Source: Alphaproteobacteria bacterium
GTDB lineage: Bacteria; Pseudomonadota; Alphaproteobacteria; Rs-D84; SZUA-605
NCBI GenBank assembly: GCA_031549385.1
Contig: JAVBPW010000001.1
Coordinates: forward strand, 320,001-384,000
Length of the DNA: 64,000 nucleotides
Direction of reading: 5' to 3'
Below, in pieces: positions 29,550 to 38,002 of the stretch (position 1 is its first letter; each line of letters opens with the position of its first letter). The notes under the pieces were generated by a model. That model was not told the DNA's origin. It did no database searches and was given only the letters and a program-made list of their open reading frames with translations. The position numbers were made by a program, and so were the translations under genes.

Positions 29550-31232
29550 TTAATCTAATAAGCTTAATCTTTTTATTATTCTTTCTTTGCCCATTATTTT
29601 CATTAATAGGTACATGTTTGGTGTTTGATCACGACCTGTTAAAAGTATTCTAAATACTCTTGCTACATCACTTACATTACCTTTGAATTTTTCTGGTGCT
29701 TCTTTGTATAATTTCATATTAGCGCAATATCCATATTTTTCTGAGAGGTCTTGAATCTTTTTCCACCAATCATCTTGAGTGTCTTTTTCATCATATATAT
29801 TTTTATAGTCATTTAAAATTCCAGTTAAATCAGAATCTGAAAATGTTGAAAGCAATGTTCTTACATTTGCTTTCTTTAAATCGAAGTATTCATCAAAGAA
29901 ATATATAATTTCATTTTTAATGTCAGAATATTTTGTTATATCTTTACGGGAATTTTTTCCAATGTTACGTTCTATATTTAAAATGTCTTCTATATATTTT
30001 GGTTCTTTTTTCATTAAACCAAATAGTTCGCTATCATATTTTTTTGACCATTCAAAAGCTTTAGCAAATAAGTCTTTTGCCGGCATTTGAGCAATTATTT
30101 CCTTTGAAATGCTGTCTAGTTTTATTAAATCAAATAATGCACCTGAGTTGTTTAATTTCTTTGCTGAGAATTGAAACTCTCTCCATTCGGTTGTTGGTTG
30201 GGTTCTTCTCCAATCTTCAAAATTTGAATTTGCTATGTTTAGTAAATATTCTATTACTGCAACTGATGGATAACCTTGTTCGTGATAATATTCTACGTTT
30301 GCTTCAGGATCTTTTCTTTTTGAAAGTTTACGGCGGTTTCCATTTTCTAATTTATCTATTGTTGCTATGTGACCATACTTTGGTGGTTTTTGTCCTATTG
30401 CTTTGAATAGTTGTAAATGCAATGGAACTGATGACAACCATTCTGCTCCACGAATTACATGAGTTGTTCCCATTAATGTATCGTCTACTATATGTGCCAT
30501 GTGGTATGTTGGAAGATTATCTGATTTTAATATTGGAACATCTATATCATAACCGGGGAATTCTATGTTACCACGAATCATGTCTGTATATTTTACTTTG
30601 TCCTCAAATTTGTTTTGTGATTTGAAACGAATTATAAATGATTTACCTTCGTTTAATTTTTTTTCTATTTCTTCAACTGATAAATTTCTGCATTTTGCAA
30701 ATTCACCATAGTAACCTGTTCGTAATCCATTTTTTTCTTGGAATGAATGTTGCTCTTCTAATTCTCCTGGTGTACAAAAACATGGATAAGCTAAATCATT
30801 TTCTAATAAATATTTTATGAATGATTTATATATATCTGCTCTTTGACTTTGATAGTATGGTCCATATTTTCCTATTTCTTCTAAACAAGTTTCATTTGTG
30901 TCTTTTGCACAAGCATAGGCTATTGGACCTTCGTCAAAAATTATATCAAAACTTTTTAGCATTGCAGGGATTAATTCTGCAGTTCCTTTAATTTCTCTTT
31001 TTTGATCAGTATCTTCTATTCTTAAAAATAAAATACCATTTGATTGGTGAGATAATCTTTCTGAAATTAATACTTGATACAATGAGCCCAGATGAACATA
31101 ACCTGTAGGAGATGGGGCAAAACGAGAAACTTTACAGCCCTCTGGTAAATTACGAGATGGGTATTTTATCTTTTGTTCTTCAATAGATAAAATGTTTTTT
31201 CCTAATAATTTTTCGATAAGTTCAAGTTTCAT
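29550..31232 (-). CDS. gltX: Glutamate-tRNA ligase (long form)
   Basis: RFAPSPTGYVHLGS, LRIEDTDQKR, KLSKRKD. Confidence 0.95.
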   Translation of the reverse strand: MKLELIEKLLGKNILSIEEQKIKYPSRNLPEGCKVSRFAPSPTGYVHLGSLYQVLISERLSHQSNGILFLRIEDTDQKREIKGTAELIPAMLKSFDIIFDEGPIAYACAKDTNETCLEEIGKYGPYYQSQRADIYKSFIKYLLENDLAYPCFCTPGELEEQHSFQEKNGLRTGYYGEFAKCRNLSVEEIEKKLNEGKSFIIRFKSQNKFEDKVKYTDMIRGNIEFPGYDIDVPILKSDNLPTYHMAHIVDDTLMGTTHVIRGAEWLSSVPLHLQLFKAIGQKPPKYGHIATIDKLENGNRRKLSKRKDPEANVEYYHEQGYPSVAVIEYLLNIANSNFEDWRRTQPTTEWREFQFSAKKLNNSGALFDLIKLDSISKEIIAQMPAKDLFAKAFEWSKKYDSELFGLMKKEPKYIEDILNIERNIGKNSRKDITKYSDIKNEIIYFFDEYFDLKKANVRTLLSTFSDSDLTGILNDYKNIYDEKDTQDDWWKKIQDLSEKYGYCANMKLYKEAPEKFKGNVSDVARVFRILLTGRDQTPNMYLLMKIMGKERIIKRLSLLD

Positions 31233-31394
31233 GTTATTTGCCTTAAATTAAAGTTACTAGAATTATAATGAACTTGTAGGTTATATCAATAAAAAAATGC
31301 CTTTGGGAAATATTATCCCCTTGCTTTTTTATTTTTTTTCATCTACACTACGTTGCGTAAAATTTGTTAACAAAGCTATTTAAGGAGAATTATA

Positions 31395-32582
31395 ATGGCA
31401 AAAGAAAAATTTGAAAGATCAAAACCTCACGTTAACGTGGGTACTGTTGGACACGTAGATCACGGTAAAACTACTACTACAGCTGCTATCGTTAAATACT
31501 TTGGTGTTGGTGCAGATAAAAGTAAAGGTGTTAATCAAATCGATAACACTCCAGAAGAAAGAGCTCGTGGTATTACTATTAATACTTCACACGTTGAATA
31601 TGAAACAGCAAATCGTCACTATGCTCACGTAGATTGCCCAGGACACGCTGACTATGTTAAAAACATGATCACTGGTGCTGCTCAAATGGATGGAGCTATC
31701 TTAGTAGTTTCTGCTTCTGATGGTCCTATGCCTCAAACACGTGAACATGTATTGCTATGCCGTCAAGTAGGTGTGCAAAAAATCGTTGTATTCATGAATA
31801 AAGTTGATCAAGTTAACGATCCTGAATTGTTAGACTTAGTTGAAATGGAAATAAGAGAATTGTTAAGCTCATACGAATTTGATGGCGACAATGCTCCTGT
31901 TATCCGTGGTTCAGCTTTGGCTGCTGTTGAAGGAAGAGATCCAGATATTGGTGAAAATGCTATCAAAAGATTATTAGAAGCTATTGATACATACTTCCCA
32001 ACACCAGAACGTCCAGTTGATAAACCATTCTTGATGCCAGTTGAAGACGTGTTTTCAATCACAGGTCGTGGTACAGTGGTAACTGGAAGAGTTGAAACAG
32101 GTGTTATCAAAGTTAATGATGAAGTTGAAATCGTTGGTATTAGACCTACACAAAAAACAGTTGTTACAGGTGTTGAAATGTTTAGAAAACTTTTAGACCG
32201 TGGTGAAGCTGGAGATAATTGTGGATTATTACTTCGTGGAACAAAAAAAGAAGATGTAGAACGTGGTCAAGTTTTGGCTAAAACAGGTTCCATCACTCCA
32301 CATAAGAAATTTGAATGTGAATGCTATATTTTGACAAAAGATGAAGGTGGACGTCATACTCCATTCTTCTCAAACTATCGTCCACAATTCTATTTCAGAA
32401 CAACTGACGTTACAGGAACAATCAAATTGCCAGATGGTGTTGAAATGGTTATGCCAGGAGACAATATCAAAATGACAATTGAATTGATTAATCCTATCGC
32501 TATGGCAGAAGGTCTACGTTTAGCTATCCGTGAAGGTGGAAGAACAGTAGGTGCTGGAGTTGTTACAAAAATTATTGAATAA
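31395..32582 (+). CDS. tuf: Elongation factor Tu
   Basis: [27 protein letters not shown]. Confidence 0.99.
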   Translation: MAKEKFERSKPHVNVGTVGHVDHGKTTTTAAIVKYFGVGADKSKGVNQIDNTPEERARGITINTSHVEYETANRHYAHVDCPGHADYVKNMITGAAQMDGAILVVSASDGPMPQTREHVLLCRQVGVQKIVVFMNKVDQVNDPELLDLVEMEIRELLSSYEFDGDNAPVIRGSALAAVEGRDPDIGENAIKRLLEAIDTYFPTPERPVDKPFLMPVEDVFSITGRGTVVTGRVETGVIKVNDEVEIVGIRPTQKTVVTGVEMFRKLLDRGEAGDNCGLLLRGTKKEDVERGQVLAKTGSITPHKKFECECYILTKDEGGRHTPFFSNYRPQFYFRTTDVTGTIKLPDGVEMVMPGDNIKMTIELINPIAMAEGLRLAIREGGRTVGAGVVTKIIE

Positions 32583-32603
32583 TTGTTTGTAAGACTAATA
32601 GTT

Positions 32604-32633
32604 AAAATGAGCCTGAAATATGGCTCATTTTTT
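32604..32633 (+). terminator. Intrinsic terminator after tuf
   Basis: AAAATGAGCC...GGCTCATTTTTT. Confidence 0.75.
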
Positions 32634-32763
32634 GTTGTTTGAAATACAAATTTTACAATATAAATAAAATTGACATTTTATTAATTATTTGTCAATTAAT
32701 TATTGACAAATGGTATTTTGTATGCTATATTATAATAGTATTAATAATAAACCTAAATAATAT

Positions 32764-33264
32764 ATGAAAAAGTTAGTTTTTTTGACCTTAATGGTCGTTG
32801 TGTTAGTGTTCGGAGTTAGTTGTAATCGTAATCAGATTGCGCAAAAGCAGGTTGCTTACCGTATAGTTGTTACTGGTGGTGATAAACCAGAAGTGTTCGA
32901 ACGGGTATTTCAAGAACCAGATGGTGCGTATCGGGATTATTTTGCTCAGAAAGCTCAAAACTTTTTGACCAAAGTGGAAAGAGACTATCTTTCTTTTATC
33001 GGATGTAAGCCGTTTGGAAGATTGGTTGTTTTTGAACTTTATCTGTTGGTTAATGGTGAAGAAGTTTGGATGCAAACTGAACGCCAATGGGTTTCGCCAT
33101 GTTCTGATTGTGGACAAAATCAGGCGGAAGTAAAACCAACACCAAAGCCAAATAGGCCGGTGCAGGTTAAGCCTAATCCTGGTAATCAACATCCTGTTGA
33201 AACTTACCCTTGCCCTCCGCAACAAGAAAGAACTATTCCTTTACCTGATAATAAATATTATTAG
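32764..33264 (+). CDS. Hypothetical lipoprotein with Pro-rich tail (stand-alone unit)
   Basis: Lipobox GVSC; TTGACA(32704)-17-TATATT; AAACCTAAA leader; terminator 33282-33307. Confidence 0.75.
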   Translation: MKKLVFLTLMVVVLVFGVSCNRNQIAQKQVAYRIVVTGGDKPEVFERVFQEPDGAYRDYFAQKAQNFLTKVERDYLSFIGCKPFGRLVVFELYLLVNGEEVWMQTERQWVSPCSDCGQNQAEVKPTPKPNRPVQVKPNPGNQHPVETYPCPPQQERTIPLPDNKYY

Positions 33265-33395
33265 AAGGTAAGGAGCTTATGAGCAGACCATCGGGTCTGC
33301 TTTTTTTATTTTCTAATCTTTGTTGACAAAATATTTTTTAATGGTTAGAATTAAGGTTCTATTTATAAATAAACTTAATTAAAAACCTAAAGAGT

Positions 33396-33662
33396 ATGAG
33401 CAAAATGGAAATTACCGCCCTTTCAATTGGCGGAGGAGATGTAGAAATCTTAAATGGAGTTCAGGTAGCTGTTTTCGGTGTAAATACATTTGAAAAAAAG
33501 CTGCCGGGTGGTGAAGATGCTGTAATGTATCAATTTGCGGAAGCAAACAAGAAGATGATTGATTATTATCATCGAAACCAACTTGCTGGTGAGTACCAGC
33601 TTGAACTTATATCGGCAAAAGGTGAGCCGGTTGTAATTAAGAACTCATTTCTAAAGAATTAG
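33396..33662 (+). CDS. Hypothetical protein (stand-alone unit)
   Basis: TTGACA(33323)-17-TAGAAT; AAAACCTAAA leader; terminator 33684-33718. Confidence 0.7.
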   Translation: MSKMEITALSIGGGDVEILNGVQVAVFGVNTFEKKLPGGEDAVMYQFAEANKKMIDYYHRNQLAGEYQLELISAKGEPVVIKNSFLKN

Positions 33663-33769
33663 TTTCTGTGTTTCAAATGGTGGTAGGTCGGAAGTCTTTG
33701 TATTTCCGGCCTATTTTTATTATTTTACAAAAGTACTTGACAAAATGAAAATAGATTACTATGTTATGC

Positions 33770-33930
33770 ATAGGTTTAGTATAAAAATTATAAATTACTT
33801 ACTACAAACAAAATTATAAAAATATTTTTTAGGTTTGATTATTATCGGGGTCCACGGGGACCCTTCTTTGACAAAACAGTTCATGTTTGTTAAGTTTATG
33901 TTAGGGGTTGCACGTGCAGCCCTTTTTTTA
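33770..33930 (+). ncRNA. Putative small RNA(s) carrying anti-leader sequence
   Basis: TTGACA(33737)-17-TATGTT; no ORF; two GC hairpins (33847-63, 33903-23) followed by pyrimidine/T tracts. Confidence 0.5.
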
Positions 33931-34106
33931 TTACTTGGATTGATTCCAACCTCTTGTTTTTTGAGTCGTAATTTAACATTTTAATTGCTTTTTTTTCAAG
34001 AATCGTTTATTTTTAAGAAATGCGAAAAAAAACCTTGATTTTTGGTGACTTTTCGTTTAACTTACTTTGGCGATTAAAAAAATCGCTTGGTTTTGTTTGT
34101 TAATTT

Positions 34107-34182
34107 AGGGGTGTAGCTCAGTTGGTAGAGCGTTGGTCTCCAAAACCAAATGTCGGGGGTTCGAATCCTCTCGCCCCTGCCA
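34107..34182 (+). tRNA. tRNA-Trp(CCA)
   Basis: AGGGGTGTAGCTCAG...CCA anticodon...GCCA; canonical position before secE. Confidence 0.97.
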
Positions 34183-34207
34183 AAAACATATGGAGTATGT
34201 GGTCAAA

Positions 34208-34414
34208 ATGAGTGATAAAAAGCGAATTTCTATAGTTGAATTTTTTTCCCAAGTAAAAGCTGAAGTTAAGAAAATTACATGGCCTTCTAGACAACAAGTT
34301 ATAATGTCTACAATATTGATTTTTGTAGTGTCTGTTATTGCTGCGTTGTTCTTCTTTGTAGTTGATCAACTTATTGTTTGGGTTATGAAAAATCTTTACA
34401 GTTTAGTGGGGTAA
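34208..34414 (+). CDS. secE: Preprotein translocase subunit SecE
   Basis: EVKKITWPSR plus one TM helix; precedes nusG. Confidence 0.93.
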   Translation: MSDKKRISIVEFFSQVKAEVKKITWPSRQQVIMSTILIFVVSVIAALFFFVVDQLIVWVMKNLYSLVG

Positions 34415-34418
34415 GAAA

Positions 34419-34958
34419 ATGGCTGAAAATATGGATTTTAAATGGTATGTTGCTCATGTTCAATCTGGATCAGAAGGAACTGTTGTAAAAGCTATTAATG
34501 AAAAAATAACACGTAAAGGTATGGAAAGTTTTTTTGATAAAATTTTAGTGCCTACTCATGAAGTGACTGAAGTTAAACTTGGTAAAAGAGTTAATACAGA
34601 AAAAAAATTCTTTCCAGGTTATGTTTTAATTAAAATGATTATGAATGATGAAACTTGGCATTTAGTTAAAGACTTGCCTAGAGTTTCTGGATTTTTAGGG
34701 GCTAATAATAAGCCTGTTGCTATTTCTGAAAAAGAAGCGATGAAATTGTTGAATGCTATCGAAGACCACAAGACAGGTTCTGTTTCTATGCTTACTTATG
34801 AAATTGGTGACGAAGTTAAAGTTATCGAAGGTCCTTTTGCTTCTTTTGTTGGAAGAGTTGAAGAAGTTGATAACGATAAACAAAGATTGAAAGTTTCTGT
34901 TTCTATATTTGGAAGACCGACTGAGGTTGAATTGGACTTCCTTCAAGTAGAAAAGTAG
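34419..34958 (+). CDS. nusG: Transcription termination/antitermination factor NusG
   Basis: WYVAHV, FFPGYVL, KOW motif, VSIFGRPT. Confidence 0.97.
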   Translation: MAENMDFKWYVAHVQSGSEGTVVKAINEKITRKGMESFFDKILVPTHEVTEVKLGKRVNTEKKFFPGYVLIKMIMNDETWHLVKDLPRVSGFLGANNKPVAISEKEAMKLLNAIEDHKTGSVSMLTYEIGDEVKVIEGPFASFVGRVEEVDNDKQRLKVSVSIFGRPTEVELDFLQVEK

Positions 34959-35082
34959 AAAAGCTTTGAAAATTTGCTGCAAAGTTGCAAAAGCAAATTT
35001 TTTATTTGGTCGACGTATGTTTAATACGCCTCCTGCATAAAAAATTAACTTTTACAATTTTCGCTAAACTTTGAAAGCTTTT
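34959..35082. repeat. RPE-like palindromic element
   Basis: Imperfect terminal inverted repeats AAAAGCTTTGAAAATTTGC / GCTAAACTTTGAAAGCTTTT; central ACGTAT-gttta-ATACGC. Confidence 0.6.
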
Positions 35083-35148
35083 TTATAGACATATTTTTGA
35101 TATGAAAAAAATTAAAAGATTTTGGATAATGAAATGTTATCTGAAAAA

Positions 35149-35175
35149 GCGGAAGAAGTTGCCACTTCACACCGC
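35149..35175 (+). promoter_or_regulatory. Probable L1-binding leader of rplK-rplA
   Basis: GCGGAAG-AAG..CTTC-ACACCGC resembles the GUGGGAG...ACCAC L1 operator. Confidence 0.45.
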
Positions 35176-35265
35176 GAGCTCCGGAGGCTAAAAAATAGTC
35201 TTGGAAATAAAATCTGGCATGCGCTGGGTATTAACAATAAAAAGTCGAAAGACAAGGAGTAAAAA

Positions 35266-35700
35266 ATGGCAGCAAAAGAAGTAATAAAAAATATTAAATT
35301 GCAGATCCCTGCTGGGGCTGCAAATCCATCTCCTCCTGTAGGTCCTGCTTTAGGACAAGCTGGTGTGAATATTATGGAATTTTGTAAAGCATTTAATGAC
35401 AAAACATCATCTTTGGAAAAAGGTATGGTTGTTCCTGTTGTGATTGAGGTTTATAAAGATAAATCTTTCTCATTTGTAACTAAACTTCCTCCTGTTTCTT
35501 ATATGATTAAGAAAGCATTAAATTTAGGCAAAGGATCTAAGACTGCTGGTCGTGGAGAATCTGTTGCTAAAATTACAAAAAAACAAATAACTGATATAGC
35601 AACTGCTAAGATGCCTGACCTTAATTGCGTTGAAGTTTCTTCAGCTTATAATATCGTTGCAGGACAATGCGTTTCTATGGGCATTGCAATAGAGGAGTAA
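35266..35700 (+). CDS. rplK: 50S ribosomal protein L11
   Basis: [26 protein letters not shown]. Confidence 0.98.
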   Translation: MAAKEVIKNIKLQIPAGAANPSPPVGPALGQAGVNIMEFCKAFNDKTSSLEKGMVVPVVIEVYKDKSFSFVTKLPPVSYMIKKALNLGKGSKTAGRGESVAKITKKQITDIATAKMPDLNCVEVSSAYNIVAGQCVSMGIAIEE

Positions 35701-35704
35701 GAAG

Positions 35705-36394
35705 ATGGCTAAAATATCAAAAAGAATGAAAAAAGTTTATGAAGGACTTGATAGAAATAAAATTTATCCAGTGGATGAAGCTATCAATATTTTATTAGAA
35801 AGAAAATCTACAAAATTTGATGAAACTGTAGAAATTAGTGCAACTCTTGGAATTGATACTAAAAAATCAGATCAAATTGTACGTGGAATGCTTACTCTTC
35901 CAAATGGAACAGGAAAGTCTTATAAAGTAGCTGTGTTTGCTAAAGGCGATAAAGCACAAGATGCTGTTAAGGCTGGAGCTGATCTTGTTGGTGATGAAGA
36001 TTTAGCAGAAAAAATATTAAAAGGTGAATTAGGTTTCGATCGTGTTATTGCTACTCCTGATTTGATGACAGTTGTTGGAAAAGTTTCTAAAATTTTAGGA
36101 CCTAAAGGTTTAATGCCAAATCCAAAATTAGGAACTGTTACTTTAAATATTGCTGAAGCTGTTAAGTCTGCTAAAGCTGGACAAATTGAATACCGTGCTG
36201 ACAAACAAAATATGGTGAATACTGGTATTGGTAAAGTTAGCATGAAAGATAAAAAAATAAAAGAAAACTTGCTTGCATTAGTTGATGCTTTGAAAAAAGC
36301 TAAACCTGCTACTTCAAAAGGAACTTACTTGAAACAAGTTGTTTTAAGTACTTCTATGGGTGCTGGTCTTAAATTAGATACTAGAGATTTGTAA
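35705..36394 (+). CDS. rplA: 50S ribosomal protein L1
   Basis: KFDETVE, LGPKGLMPNPKLGTV. Confidence 0.98.
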   Translation: MAKISKRMKKVYEGLDRNKIYPVDEAINILLERKSTKFDETVEISATLGIDTKKSDQIVRGMLTLPNGTGKSYKVAVFAKGDKAQDAVKAGADLVGDEDLAEKILKGELGFDRVIATPDLMTVVGKVSKILGPKGLMPNPKLGTVTLNIAEAVKSAKAGQIEYRADKQNMVNTGIGKVSMKDKKIKENLLALVDALKKAKPATSKGTYLKQVVLSTSMGAGLKLDTRDL

Positions 36395-36444
36395 GTAAAA
36401 AAAGAATTTGATTAAACTTTTTATGAAGTTCAATCAAAACGATA

Positions 36445-36527
36445 CCCTGTCGAAGATTGCCGGTGGTGGTAATAAATTGAAAGCAATTTTAAATTATTAT
36501 TAACCTTAATGAAGCCTGCATGAGACT
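36445..36527 (+). promoter_or_regulatory. L10 leader (rplJL autoregulatory RNA)
   Basis: CTGTCGAAGATTGCCGG...TTAA...CCTGCATGAGAC pattern upstream of rplJ. Confidence 0.7.
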
Positions 36528-36651
36528 GATGTCAAATGAATGAAAATTCAAATGATGAAAAGGATAAAACTAAAAAGTTATTCGGCGGGGATTATTAACC
36601 CGGGTTTTTATGAAAATGAAAACTTGATATTAACTTAAAGCGGAGAAAACT

Positions 36652-37131
36652 ATGAACCGAAAAGAAAAGGAAACTTGGATTTCTGATGTTGCTCTTGATT
36701 TAAAAAATTCTGAAACTGTTTATGTTGCAGACTATAAAGGTTTGACAGTAAAAGATTTAGAAATTTTGAGAAAAAAATTAAGAGAAACTAACGGAAAACT
36801 TAAGGTTGTAAAAAATAGGCTCATGCGTTTGGCTCTTAAGGGTACAAACTTCGAATCTACTGCAGATAATTTTAAAGGTACAACTTTAATTGCATTTGCT
36901 GGAGATAGTATTTCTATGGCAAAAGTTTTAGATAATTTTTGCAAAGAAAACGAATCTTTGAAAATCCTTTGTGGTGTTATGGGAAATGAATTTTTTGATG
37001 CTAAAGGCGTTAAAGAATTAGCATCTCTTCCAACACTTGATGAAGCTCGTGCAAAAATACTTGCAGTGTTACAAACACCTGCTGGCAACGTTGCTAGAGT
37101 TTTAAAAGCTTACGCTGATAAAGCCGCATAA
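36652..37131 (+). CDS. rplJ: 50S ribosomal protein L10
   Basis: DYKGLTV, KVVKNRL, LASLPTLDE. Confidence 0.97.
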   Translation: MNRKEKETWISDVALDLKNSETVYVADYKGLTVKDLEILRKKLRETNGKLKVVKNRLMRLALKGTNFESTADNFKGTTLIAFAGDSISMAKVLDNFCKENESLKILCGVMGNEFFDAKGVKELASLPTLDEARAKILAVLQTPAGNVARVLKAYADKAA

Positions 37132-37164
37132 TTAACCGAATAATTAAAAAAAGGAGTCAAAATA

Positions 37165-37533
37165 ATGGCTGATATTAAAAAAATAGTAGAAGATTTATCT
37201 AAGTTAACAGTGATGGAAGCTGCTGAACTATCTAAAGCTTTAGAAGAAGCTTGGGGTGTTAGTGCTGCTGCTCCTGTTGTTGCTGTTGCTGCTGCTGGAG
37301 CTGCTCCGGCTGCTGCTGAAAAATCTGAATTTACAGTTGTTCTTGCAAGTGCAGGTCAAGAAAAAATTAACGTTATCAAAGAAGTGAAAACTATCACAGG
37401 TCTTGGTTTGAAAGAAGCTAAAGATTTAGTTGATGGTGCTCCAAAAACTATCAAAGAAAACGTTCCTGCAGCTGAAGCAGAAGCTATGAAAAAAACATTA
37501 GAAGCTGCTGGTGCTACTGTAGAACTTAAATAA
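37165..37533 (+). CDS. rplL: 50S ribosomal protein L7/L12
   Basis: [27 protein letters not shown]. Confidence 0.98.
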   Translation: MADIKKIVEDLSKLTVMEAAELSKALEEAWGVSAAAPVVAVAAAGAAPAAAEKSEFTVVLASAGQEKINVIKEVKTITGLGLKEAKDLVDGAPKTIKENVPAAEAEAMKKTLEAAGATVELK

Positions 37534-37597
37534 AATAATTTTAGTGAAGAAGGGGATTCTTTCCTCTTCTTTGCTGAATAACAACCGGGAAAATTAT

Positions 37598-37990
37598 ATG
37601 AAACAAAACTATAATAATAACCAAAACTATAATAATAGAAATTTTCAACAAAATCATAATAAAAAGCATTACAGTGGCGTAATTAATAAAATCGTCGCTC
37701 TTGTTTTTTTCTTACTTTTAGCTTGGGCTGTTTATGATGTTGCGGGATTGATTCAACCTACTTTAGTTTCTCGAAAAGCAGATATTTTATCTTGCGAAAA
37801 GAAATATGAAGCAGCTTGCAGAATGAATGAAGTTTTTTATAACTGCAAAGAAGAAAAAATGGCAACTCGTGAACAACAATTCAAAGACAAAAAATTATTA
37901 GTAAGAAGCGACATAAAACAAGAATTGTTTTTTCTTATCATTATGTTGATCACTTTATTTGCGTTTATTAGAATTAATAGAAAAAAATAA
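37598..37990 (+). CDS. Hypothetical two-TM protein with N/Q-rich N-terminus
   Basis: QNYNNNQNYNN repeat; two hydrophobic helices; sits between rplL and rpoB. Confidence 0.6.
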   Translation: MKQNYNNNQNYNNRNFQQNHNKKHYSGVINKIVALVFFLLLAWAVYDVAGLIQPTLVSRKADILSCEKKYEAACRMNEVFYNCKEEKMATREQQFKDKKLLVRSDIKQELFFLIIMLITLFAFIRINRKK

Positions 37991-38002
37991 TAAGGGGTTA
38001 AA

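Noticed and set aside
34118-34207. N-terminal extension of SecE and an antisense 83-aa ORF
   Set aside because: Both overlap tRNA-Trp
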